A stretch of 64,000 bases of DNA from Thermoplasmata archaeon (GTDB lineage: Archaea; Thermoplasmatota; Thermoplasmata; GCA-020350865): contig CP070751.1 of assembly GCA_020348445.1 (NCBI GenBank), positions 4,353,723-4,417,722 of the forward strand, written 5' to 3'. Below the pieces are notes generated by a model. The model was given only the letters and a program-made list of their open reading frames with translations. It ran no database searches and had not been told where the DNA came from. Within the stretch, counting starts at the first letter, position 1; the number at the start of each line of letters is the position of its first letter. The translations under genes were made by a program, and so were the position numbers. This document shows positions 16,501 to 25,069 of this stretch, one piece after another.

Positions 16501-18512
16501 GCATTTTTAAAAGCAGTTATAGCGAATTCAATATTTCTCGAAGCTCCATTGATATTAACGGTTTCAATGTTTTGTATAATCTACCTGCAGCCATTGGAAA
16601 AAATCAACTGGAAACGAAGTTGTGGCTTGCCACACTAAATGAGCATCAAAATACGCCCATCAGGGTATTATTCAGTGTGAGGGATACAGCTGGTAATCAG
16701 GATCTTTCCGATATTATAGTGAACCATTGTAAGGGAGCGTTATTGATCAATGAAACGACCATCGCCCCTTTGATCATCCCCAAAGGCTCAAATGATGTAC
16801 CCATTTTAAAAATTGAATTAAGTGCAATTAATAAGGATATAACTTTTGAATCCCTTAACCTCACTAAAACAGGCACCGCTACCAACACAGATATAGGTCC
16901 CCTTTCTGTTTTTTTAGATAAAAATAATAACGATATCTTCGATATCCACGAGGATGAAAGAATTATACGGGTTTTGGGAGGGTTCATACAAAATAAGCTA
17001 AATATACAAATTGCTCAAAATCTCATAAAAGACCGAACAGAATCCATATTCATCACTTTGGACATATCTGAATCTGCGAAAGATGCAAGTACCATTGGAT
17101 TAAGAATTGCAGAGCCAAAGGATGTTGTTTTCTCCCTTGGTGTTTTGACACTTACTTCTTTTTATCGGACCAACAGCTATATAGATAAAATTGGAGACAA
17201 CATAGCCATAGACGGAGCATTTGGGGATTGGACCTCAAAACCACTTTTGAGTGATTCTTACAAAGATGTGAAACTGGGAAATCATAGTGTTGAAAATCCC
17301 AATATAGATATATTGCGCTATAACATCCAACACAACTCTTCTGCCCTGTCCTTCTTTCTAGATGTAAGCGGCACTATGTTGGGGGGAGTTTGTGTTCCTT
17401 GGAATGCCACACGCCCTCCTGAATCAAGGGAAGGTGGATTGAAGGACAGTGATGGAGACGGGATAGCAGATGAAGATGAACCTGGATTCGAACATGATTT
17501 TGACAACGATGAAGGCCTACCCAATGATCCCAATAATCCAGTAAGTCCGAATACAGGGTCTGATGGCCTCGATCACGACAGCGATGACGATGGTGTTGAG
17601 GATTGGCCCTGGGGAAACGATACAGTCCTCAAAAACCCACGAACAGGGAAGACCAAATATATTGGAGAGCCTGCTTTACCTCCTCCACTTCCCATGGTCA
17701 CAGGGGAGGATATGATATATATTTTCATTGATTCAGATGACAATCCACAAACAGGTTACTTTATCAATGAATTCATGGGGGCTGAATTCATGCTTAACAT
17801 CTCAGGAAAGGGCAATCATATAACTGGGAAATATCTAAACATTTTCAACTCCTCTAATTCTAAAAAATGGAAATGGAACCTGATGAAGGATGTTAACGCT
17901 GCCATAGATTCAAGATCTTTTGAGGCAGACGTTGCATTCGATATTCTGGGGATACCAAACAACAGCACCTTCAATATCTGGTTTTTCACAACTGATTGGC
18001 AAAATCGAGGGGAAATGTCAGATTTAAGTGTCAGTGAAACCAGAGAAAATAGAATGACAAGGGCAAAAGGTGGAGGGGGAAGCGCAGTAATAAATGAGGT
18101 ATTCCCTGATACAAATGGATGGGTTGAGCTTTACAACCCCACCAATAAAGCCGTGGATCTTACTGGTTGGTATGTCACTTGGAGTGGAGGGACATACAAC
18201 ATTCCCGCAGGAACAACCATTCAATCCAACGATTATCTTGTATTCAATATAGGAAACATTCCCTCAACCGACACAACGGGATTGTACAACCAAAAGAACC
18301 AGAAAAAGGATGAAACGAGCTTTACTAACATCCCCTTAAACTTTGGATGGGGTAGGAATCCAAGTAAGACACAGGACTGGTATATTACCTATCCTACACC
18401 AAATGGACCAAATATCATACCTGAGTTTTCTAATGTTTTTATTCCTATCATATTCATAGGAATTGTTTTTTGTTTGTTTAGATACCGCAGAAGAAAATAT
18501 CTTCTTGGGTGA
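13548..18512 (+). CDS. Giant membrane-spanning protein B: degenerate KaiC-like domain + K/S-rich tract + 6 zinc ribbons + (NGLT)n + TM + extracellular module + lamin-tail-like domain + PEF-CTERM
   Basis: 1654 aa. KSGILGFDPLIEGGFP with Walker A degenerated to GPTGLEKE; six CxxC-x10-CxxC; NGLT repeats ~15795-16085; TM ~16131-16195; IPEF + hydrophobic helix + RYRRRK. Confidence 0.85.
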   Translation: MSKKRSYNKKVKSGILGFDPLIEGGFPKGSSILLQGPTGLEKELFYMQFIKEGLENGESTVVLLSVKSPENLKDELLDLGLDVELLLEQKRLIIIDWCSWKTENIVYIQEEGSILRCAADIMNVSIALGKALSMIKGERIRAAGDILSDALNSETLRTVYEFAKGCKVKFDEKGVTALFTLEKEIHDPETISKLQTPFDGIIDIEREKIENKVVRKIGILAMKNSSIPSHYEDLNIGKNEVFIGELPKRKDKTSKEKSKSKKSKSSKASKTHSAPKKSKSSKKSDKSKKSKSSKESKPSKSPETSKSRPPSKKPKSLKTSKKPRSSTKSKSSKSPKKPKSSKARKSSKSSVSSKKTKQTKSPEPDLLPVTEESQDAELEEKEVKVEEKVEEKPKQSIYLCVECGAFIGKQGEKCSICGAVFFEEEETEDEEDEGENIPEIEREEIDSHDLYLCPECGALLSPDAEICINCGSSLEEEESEGEEPEDESTSEPENVPDLLDSEPKTEIFLCPECGALLGPDAEICVNCGSSIKDVEFQEEDIISELEDVLDFVTHDKETEIFLCPECGAFISSMVNECSICGVVFEEEEGIESVEEETILKSEEVPDFWYRKEHAMPYICPWCGAFIKAGETWCDICNAEIVSGKQHVTEPSEEEDFSPLWIPSENLCPKCGAFNANDAQGCSVCGKQIKEEIRTVEEEITQQESTYDAKIEDEIENLIALLEEFDTEEEESLTSSPKIDIKYDRKDAIGITNGLTNGLKARTSKVRKCFINGITNGIKTPKRGMTNGLTNGMIMELKALRDGFTNGKGISNGLTNGLTNGLTNGLRRLRRGITNGITNGNGITNGIGPVKETMVKKAKISKILVTIGLVMLLFISPFLISSFVPSHEPLQIDGNFSDWDNFMRYSDSLTDQTKNQDINIEEFKVTHNRWGEIAFYLKVRGTLLSGQYGLDSVHIFIDEDDNTETGYRIRTIGADKLIFITGWNNSIFKSSYSEFNISRSSIDINGFNVLYNLPAAIGKNQLETKLWLATLNEHQNTPIRVLFSVRDTAGNQDLSDIIVNHCKGALLINETTIAPLIIPKGSNDVPILKIELSAINKDITFESLNLTKTGTATNTDIGPLSVFLDKNNNDIFDIHEDERIIRVLGGFIQNKLNIQIAQNLIKDRTESIFITLDISESAKDASTIGLRIAEPKDVVFSLGVLTLTSFYRTNSYIDKIGDNIAIDGAFGDWTSKPLLSDSYKDVKLGNHSVENPNIDILRYNIQHNSSALSFFLDVSGTMLGGVCVPWNATRPPESREGGLKDSDGDGIADEDEPGFEHDFDNDEGLPNDPNNPVSPNTGSDGLDHDSDDDGVEDWPWGNDTVLKNPRTGKTKYIGEPALPPPLPMVTGEDMIYIFIDSDDNPQTGYFINEFMGAEFMLNISGKGNHITGKYLNIFNSSNSKKWKWNLMKDVNAAIDSRSFEADVAFDILGIPNNSTFNIWFFTTDWQNRGEMSDLSVSETRENRMTRAKGGGGSAVINEVFPDTNGWVELYNPTNKAVDLTGWYVTWSGGTYNIPAGTTIQSNDYLVFNIGNIPSTDTTGLYNQKNQKKDETSFTNIPLNFGWGRNPSKTQDWYITYPTPNGPNIIPEFSNVFIPIIFIGIVFCLFRYRRRKYLLG
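14289..14640 (+). repeat. Lys/Ser-rich low-complexity coding tract
   Basis: ~115 aa of KSKSSK/PKKSKSSK-like units within protein B. Confidence 0.85.
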
Positions 18513-18772
18513 ACGTTGGCGGAAGAAGGTGATTAGGTTAAATATCTCATTTTCCACCTTACAAAAAAAATAGTGCCAATGATCTACATTTGGACTGGAT
18601 CTGAGTCACACTTGTCATGATGTTACACGGTGTAGTTTTTTTCTCCACAGCTTTACAAAAGTTTGTGACACATATTTAAATTATTCTTTCATTTTTGTAC
18701 AATATATTGCTACAAATATTATTACCCAGTAGTAAACTAGGTACTATATAATAGAGGAGAAGAGGGAACTCG

Positions 18773-21700
18773 ATGGAGTTAGGCTCCTTAAAAATCTTCT
18801 TGAGTATGCACGGAATCAGCCCACGGGCAGCGGAGATACTCTACAATGCTGGTTTTGATGATATTCAAAAGCTGAAGAGTGCCTCAATCCAAGAATTAAT
18901 AGAAATTTCAGGCATCGACACACAAACTGCCTTAAAAATCAGGAATGTGGTTCTTAAGACGGATTTTGACGAGAAAGAAGTAAAGGGCGAGATATTCATT
19001 TGTTCTAAATGCGGAGCCTTTGTGTCATCATCATCAAAAAAATGTGATGTTTGTGGAGCTTCAATAAAGGACTTTTTTGAAGAGGGAAAGCAAGAAGCGA
19101 AGGTAGAAGGGGAGATAAAAGGTGTAAAAGATCACACAAGGGATTTAGAAGATATCGATAATTACCTGAATATCCTGGCTGGGATATTAGAGTTAAAGCA
19201 CGGGGATAGAGCACTTACAATTAGAAAAATAGAAAAGGAATTGGACACCTTCATAGATGAACTTGAAGGGGATATACCACACGAGCTTTATTTATCTAAA
19301 TTAGATATAGAGCCCCTATTTTATTGTCCAGAATGCGGAGCATCGATTACCAAGGTGTCTGATAAATGCGAAATATGTGGATTACTTTTCGGGGAGCCAA
19401 TATTTGAACCTTTGGAATTTCCAAAGGATGATATTAGTATAAAGCAACTTTTTGAAAGGGATGTTAATAAGGCGAGCTTACTTGTGGGTATAAGCGTAGA
19501 GTTAAAGAAGGCACAGGACATACCGGAACTTTGGTACTCCAAGGGTGTAATTTTTGCAGATATGGAAGAGCATGAGCTGGCGATAAAAAGTTTTGATAGG
19601 GTCCTTGTTCTTGATAAGAATAACAGCAAGGCATGGAACGCTAAAGCCTCTTCCCTTGCTAAGCTTGGAAGGTATAATGAAGCGTCAGAATGTTTTGGAA
19701 GGGTGACAGGTCTTCTACTTCGGGCTTTCGAGACGAGGCAAAAAGATGAGGAGGAGTTGAAGATCCAGGAGGATGCTGTTTTATATGTCTGTGGTGAATG
19801 TGGTGCTTTTATCGGCGATTACGCACAAACGTGTCAAACATGCGGATCCAAGGTGATCGAGGATATCGAGAGCATCGTGTCCCAAATTCCATCGCATGAG
19901 ATAGAAGAGGAATTACCATCTGAAATTGAAGAGGAATTGGATGTCATAAGTGTGGATCAGGATATATCGACATTGGTGGATACCCAGCTAAGGGCTAAGG
20001 AACCAGCCTTGTTGATGAGCTGTCCCGAGTGTGGGGCCTTCATAGAAAAGGAGGAAAAGAAGTGTAATATATGCGGGTTGATTTTGGGGGTCCCCATCGA
20101 GGAATCACCAGAAGCACTTGAAGAATTTATTCTTGCCACGACACCCATTGGAGTGGAGATCGAGAAAACACGGCATCTGGCGAGTATCAATGCAGAATTG
20201 AAAAAGAAACCAAATGATCTGGAGCTTTGGTATTCAAAGGGTGTAATTCTAGCGGATATGGGTGAGCATGAACTCGCAATAAAATGTTTTGACAGAATTT
20301 TAACACTGGATGATAACCACAGCAAGGCATGGAACGCCAAAGCCTTTTCCCTGGCAAAACTCGGGCGGTTCAATGAGGCATCCATATGTCTTGCTAAGGT
20401 TGCTGAGCCCGTATTTGAAACATTTGACGAGATAGGTAGGTACGAGAAAGAATTATTGTTCGAGGTAAAGGAAAGATTTCAGACGTGTCTTACATGCGGG
20501 GTGCCTCTGAATTGGGATGATACAGTCTGTTACAACTGCGGAACCGCAGTTGCGGAGTTCAAAGAGGCTGTGGAGGAGGAAGCAAAGAAGGGAGTCTCAA
20601 GAGACTTCCGTAAGCGTTGGGAAAAAATATCTCAATTTGAGGAGCCCATAGATACTGATGTCCCTGTTGAGGAAACAAAAGAACCTGAGGAAATCGAGGA
20701 ATCATTTGAAGAACCGAAAGAGTTTGAGATGCCCTATGAGGAGCCTGAGGTTCCGGTTGAAGAATTTGAGGAAGAGATCGAGGCTCCATTTAAAGAACCT
20801 GAGGAGCTTGAATTACCCCATGAAGAACCCGAAGAATTAGAGATTCCATTTGAAGAGTTTGAGGCTCCAATAGAGGAACCTGAAGAAATAAAGGCCCCAT
20901 TCAAGGAACCTGAGGAGCTTGAATTACCTTATGAAGAACAAGAAGAAATAGAGGTTCCAGTTGAAGAATTTGAGGAAGAGGTCGAAGCTCCGATAGAGGA
21001 ACCTGAAGAAATAGAGGCCCCATTTGAAGAACTTGAAGAACTTGAATTACCCCATGAAGAACCTGAAGAGTTTGAAGTTCCCATTGAAGAGGCTAAAAAG
21101 GTTGAGGCCTCCTTTGAAGAACCTGAAGAGTTTAAAGTTCCCATTGAAGAGGCTGAAAAGGATGAGACTCCCTTTGAAGAACCTGAAGAGTTTGAGTTAC
21201 CAATGGAAGAACCTGATGAAGTTGAAGTTCATGAAGAAGAGCCTGTGGTATTTGAATTAGTACAAGAAGAACCAGTAGAGGTCGAAGCTCCTGTCGAAGA
21301 ACCAAAGGAGGTTGAATTACCAGTTGAAGAACCTAAAGAGGTTGAGGTTCCAGTTGAAGAATTTAAGGAAGAAATCGAAGCTCCGATAGAGGAACCGGAA
21401 GAAGTTGAGGCCCCTGTTGAAGAACCAAAAGAGATTGAAGTTCCAGTGGAAGAATTTGAGGAAGAATTCCTAATTAAAGAGCTCAACGAATTTGGGGCAT
21501 TACTTGAAGAACCAGAGGAAGTCGAGGCTCCTTTAGAGGAACCTGAGGAAGTTGAAGTTGCTTTCGAAGAACTTGAAGAGTTTGAACTTCCCAAAGAAGA
21601 ACCTGAGGAAATCGAAGTTCCATTTGAAGAACCAGAGGATATTGAGGCTCCTTTAGAGGAACTTGAGGAAGTCACAGTTCCATTAAAAGAACTAGAAGAC

Positions 21701-24700
21701 ATTGCGTTTCCTATTATAGAGCCTGAAGAAGTTGAAATTCCATTAGAAGAAATAGAAGATATTGAGGCTCCCTTAGAAGAGCTTGAGGAAGTTGAAGTTC
21801 CTGTAGAAGAACCAGAAGACATTGAGGCTCCTTTAGAGGAACCTGAGGCAGTTGAAGTTCCATTAGAAGAACTAGAAGATATTGAGGTTCGTATTGAAGA
21901 ACCAAAAGAAGTTGAAGTTCCTATAGAGGAACCAGAGGAAGTCAAGGCTCCTTTCGAAGAACTTGAAGAGTTTGAGCTTCCCAAAGAAGAACCTGAGGAA
22001 ATTGAAATTCCATTAGAAGAACTAGAAGATATTGGGGCTCCTTTAGAGGAACTAGAAGAAGTCGAGGCTCCTTTCGAAGAACTTGAAGAGTTTGAGCTTC
22101 CCAAGGAAGAACCTGAGGAAATTCCATTTGAGGAGCCCAAAGGGGTCGATACCTTATCCGAAGAGCTTGAGAAGAGGGGTGTTCACTCATGTCCAAATTG
22201 CGGATGGCCGTTCGAAGAGGGTGCCTTTGAATGCGATATCTGCGGTGCAGATGTTGAGATATTTAAAGAAGTACCATCTATAGAGGACAAAGGATTAATA
22301 AGCATAGGAGCTGAGCCCGAAACCGGGGCAAAAATATCAGGTCTTACTAATGGCCTGACCAATGGTACGAGAGCCCACAGAGGAGGGCTTGTCAATGGAA
22401 ATGGGATAACCAATGGATTTACCAACGGAATTACAAATGGTTTAACAAATGGTCTGAAAAAGGCCAGGTTGGGATTGACCAATGGAATCACAAACGGTCT
22501 TACAAATGGATTAACAAACGGTTTGACAAATGGATTAAGGGCTCTGAAGATGGGTATCACAAATGGTATCACAAACGGTAACGGAATCACAAACGGTCTT
22601 AGTGCGCAAACGGTAAAAACCACAACGAAAAAGAGCGCAAGTAGAATTGTTGTCGCATGGTTACTCATTGTGGCTTTGATATCATTTCCTTTTATTTTGA
22701 GCAATCTCAGTGAGGAATCTAAAATAGTGGAGATCGATGGTAATTTCAGAGAATGGCGTGATATCCCTGGCTATTCTGATTCATCGATGGACCAGATTTA
22801 CAATCAAGACATAAACATCGATGAGTACAAGCTGAAACTCAACAATTTAGGGGAACTCGCATTCTATCTAAGGGTGAACGGGACCATGTTAAACGGTGCT
22901 TACGGTATGGACTCAGTTAATATTTTCATAGACGAGGACGATAATTTTGATACTGGTTATAAGATATCTACATTGGGGGCCGACAAGATGATAGCTGTCT
23001 GGGGATGGGACAACATCATATATGATGGAGGTTACAGCGAGTTCAACATGTCGCACTCGCAATTGGACCTAAATGGTTTCGATATATTCTATGAGATACC
23101 AACTGCCATTGATAAGGATAAACTTGAGACGAAGTTATGGCTTTCTGTTTTAAATGTGGAATTGAATCGGCCCGTGAAGGTGCTTTTCAATGCCAGAGAT
23201 ACAGCGGGTAACGAGGATATATCGGATGTGATAATCAGTCAAATAGATGGCGCGCTTCTCATCAACGAAATAAGTATCGCGCCACTGGAAATCCCAAAAG
23301 GTGCGAACAGGTTGCCAATGTTAAAATTGGAATTGAGTGCAAATGGTGAAGATATATTGTTGAAATCCATGAACCTTACCATAACAGGCACCGTAACAAG
23401 TAATGATTTAACGGGAATTAGCATTTATCTTGACAGTAACGAAAACGGTATCTTGGATGGGACAGGAGATGAAGAAATTGCGAGGATAGACAATGGAATT
23501 GACGAAAGCAAGGTCAATGTCCCAGTTTCTTTGTCCATAATAGAGGACAAGGAAGAAACACTCTTTGTGACCATAGATGTATCCTACGAAGTACAAGATA
23601 TAAAAACCATAGGAATACGAATTGCAGAGCCTAGTGATGTCATTTTTGAGCCCGGTGTTATAACACTAATACCTGTGTATGTTACGAGCAGCTACATTGG
23701 TGATGTGGGTGATAACATAACCATCGATGGGGCATTTGCCGATTGGAAAAACCATCCCTCAAGAAGCGATGCTCACCACGATGTTAGAAATCAGGGTAAT
23801 CTAATAGAAAATCTGAACGTTGATATAGCAAACTACAATGTACAAAATGACTTTCATGCTTTATCCTTCTATCTTGATGTTGGGGGTACTATGCTTGGCG
23901 GAGTAACTGTACCCTGGAATGCAACACGTCCTTCTGAACCGATAAGAGGTGGACCAGTTGATAGTGATGGTGATGGAATACCTGATGTGGAGGAAGCCTC
24001 GGAGTTCAGACATGATTTCGACAATGACGCAGGATCCCCTGATGAACTAGATAATCCGGTGAGGCCGAATACCGGGCCAGATGGCTACGATCACGACAGT
24101 GATAACGATGGCCAGGAAGATTGGCCATGGGGTAATGATACGATCCTAAAGCAACCTAAAACAGGGAGGAAGCGATATATAGGCGAACCCCGTCCACCTC
24201 CCAAACTGCCAGTGGTCACGGGTGAAGATGTGGCTTATATTTTCATAGATGCAGATAACGATAAATCCACAGGTTATTATGTTAATGAAATATTTGGTGC
24301 AGATTTCATGCTCAATATTTCGGGGAAAGGTAACCTCATAACATCAAAATACATAAACAGATTCAATTCTACAAATATTAGAAGTTGGAAATGGAACATT
24401 ATAGGGAATTTGAGCGCTGCTATAGATTCACATGCTTTAGAGGCAAAGGCCGACTTCGATGTCCTTGATATTTTACCAAACGAAACCTTTAGTATCTGGT
24501 TTTTCACCACTGATTGGCGGGACTCATATGATTTATCTGATTACAGCCTTTCTGATACCAGAGACATTAGGGGAACCAGGGCCGGAAAGGGAAATCCCAT
24601 AATAAATGAAATTTATCCCGATACAAATGGATGGGTGGAACTGTACAATCCTACAAACAAACAATTACGTCTTACAGGATGGAGTATAACATTTAGCGGT

Positions 24701-25069
24701 GGCACCTTTAATATTCCCGCAGGCACAACGATCCAACCTGGAGGGTATCTAGTATTCTACATTGGAAACGTTCCATCAACTGATACAGTGAGGCTATACA
24801 ATGCGAAGGGTCAAAGAAAGGATGAAACATCTTTTGCCAGCATACCTTCCGGCTTTGGATGGGGTAGAAATCCAAATAAACAACAGGATTGGTATATAAC
24901 CTACCCCACACCTGGTGATATAAATGTCATACCTGAGTTCAGTGATATTCTTCTCCCTATTTTTATCATGATAATCTTCATCGTGGTAAGAATGTTGAAA
25001 AATGACGAAAAAATATTTAAAAGGATAAACCATGCAAAACTCCGATATGATAGAAACCGGTCCAGATAG
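18773..25069 (+). CDS. Giant membrane-spanning protein C: HhH + 6 zinc ribbons + duplicated TPR pairs + acidic decapeptide repeats + (NGLT)n + TM + extracellular module + lamin-tail-like domain + PEF-CTERM
   Basis: 2098 aa. HhH (MHGISPRAAEILYNAGF..EISGID); two TPR blocks (LWYSKGVI.ADM.EHELAIK.FDR.L.LD.N.SKAWNAKA.SLAKLGR.NEAS.C); NGLT repeats ~22340-22600; TM ~22646-22705; IPEF + hydrophobic helix + basic tail. Confidence 0.85.
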   Translation: MELGSLKIFLSMHGISPRAAEILYNAGFDDIQKLKSASIQELIEISGIDTQTALKIRNVVLKTDFDEKEVKGEIFICSKCGAFVSSSSKKCDVCGASIKDFFEEGKQEAKVEGEIKGVKDHTRDLEDIDNYLNILAGILELKHGDRALTIRKIEKELDTFIDELEGDIPHELYLSKLDIEPLFYCPECGASITKVSDKCEICGLLFGEPIFEPLEFPKDDISIKQLFERDVNKASLLVGISVELKKAQDIPELWYSKGVIFADMEEHELAIKSFDRVLVLDKNNSKAWNAKASSLAKLGRYNEASECFGRVTGLLLRAFETRQKDEEELKIQEDAVLYVCGECGAFIGDYAQTCQTCGSKVIEDIESIVSQIPSHEIEEELPSEIEEELDVISVDQDISTLVDTQLRAKEPALLMSCPECGAFIEKEEKKCNICGLILGVPIEESPEALEEFILATTPIGVEIEKTRHLASINAELKKKPNDLELWYSKGVILADMGEHELAIKCFDRILTLDDNHSKAWNAKAFSLAKLGRFNEASICLAKVAEPVFETFDEIGRYEKELLFEVKERFQTCLTCGVPLNWDDTVCYNCGTAVAEFKEAVEEEAKKGVSRDFRKRWEKISQFEEPIDTDVPVEETKEPEEIEESFEEPKEFEMPYEEPEVPVEEFEEEIEAPFKEPEELELPHEEPEELEIPFEEFEAPIEEPEEIKAPFKEPEELELPYEEQEEIEVPVEEFEEEVEAPIEEPEEIEAPFEELEELELPHEEPEEFEVPIEEAKKVEASFEEPEEFKVPIEEAEKDETPFEEPEEFELPMEEPDEVEVHEEEPVVFELVQEEPVEVEAPVEEPKEVELPVEEPKEVEVPVEEFKEEIEAPIEEPEEVEAPVEEPKEIEVPVEEFEEEFLIKELNEFGALLEEPEEVEAPLEEPEEVEVAFEELEEFELPKEEPEEIEVPFEEPEDIEAPLEELEEVTVPLKELEDIAFPIIEPEEVEIPLEEIEDIEAPLEELEEVEVPVEEPEDIEAPLEEPEAVEVPLEELEDIEVRIEEPKEVEVPIEEPEEVKAPFEELEEFELPKEEPEEIEIPLEELEDIGAPLEELEEVEAPFEELEEFELPKEEPEEIPFEEPKGVDTLSEELEKRGVHSCPNCGWPFEEGAFECDICGADVEIFKEVPSIEDKGLISIGAEPETGAKISGLTNGLTNGTRAHRGGLVNGNGITNGFTNGITNGLTNGLKKARLGLTNGITNGLTNGLTNGLTNGLRALKMGITNGITNGNGITNGLSAQTVKTTTKKSASRIVVAWLLIVALISFPFILSNLSEESKIVEIDGNFREWRDIPGYSDSSMDQIYNQDINIDEYKLKLNNLGELAFYLRVNGTMLNGAYGMDSVNIFIDEDDNFDTGYKISTLGADKMIAVWGWDNIIYDGGYSEFNMSHSQLDLNGFDIFYEIPTAIDKDKLETKLWLSVLNVELNRPVKVLFNARDTAGNEDISDVIISQIDGALLINEISIAPLEIPKGANRLPMLKLELSANGEDILLKSMNLTITGTVTSNDLTGISIYLDSNENGILDGTGDEEIARIDNGIDESKVNVPVSLSIIEDKEETLFVTIDVSYEVQDIKTIGIRIAEPSDVIFEPGVITLIPVYVTSSYIGDVGDNITIDGAFADWKNHPSRSDAHHDVRNQGNLIENLNVDIANYNVQNDFHALSFYLDVGGTMLGGVTVPWNATRPSEPIRGGPVDSDGDGIPDVEEASEFRHDFDNDAGSPDELDNPVRPNTGPDGYDHDSDNDGQEDWPWGNDTILKQPKTGRKRYIGEPRPPPKLPVVTGEDVAYIFIDADNDKSTGYYVNEIFGADFMLNISGKGNLITSKYINRFNSTNIRSWKWNIIGNLSAAIDSHALEAKADFDVLDILPNETFSIWFFTTDWRDSYDLSDYSLSDTRDIRGTRAGKGNPIINEIYPDTNGWVELYNPTNKQLRLTGWSITFSGGTFNIPAGTTIQPGGYLVFYIGNVPSTDTVRLYNAKGQRKDETSFASIPSGFGWGRNPNKQQDWYITYPTPGDINVIPEFSDILLPIFIMIIFIVVRMLKNDEKIFKRINHAKLRYDRNRSR
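20690..22150 (+). repeat. Degenerate 30-nt (10 aa) coding tandem repeat, consensus EEPEE[VIF]E[AV]P[FILV]
   Basis: Units such as EEPEEIEAPF, EEPEEFEVPI, EELEEVEAPF run across ~1.45 kb of protein C. Confidence 0.9.

Noticed and set aside
21229-22140. Long antisense ORFs over low-complexity and repeat regions (also 5887-6348, 6988-7638, 14237-14737, 14254-14697, 15395-16315, 22183-22704)
   Set aside because: They are shadows of the biased codons of the real genes (poly-Ser from Glu codons, PFV from NGL codons) and have no independent motifs or RBS.
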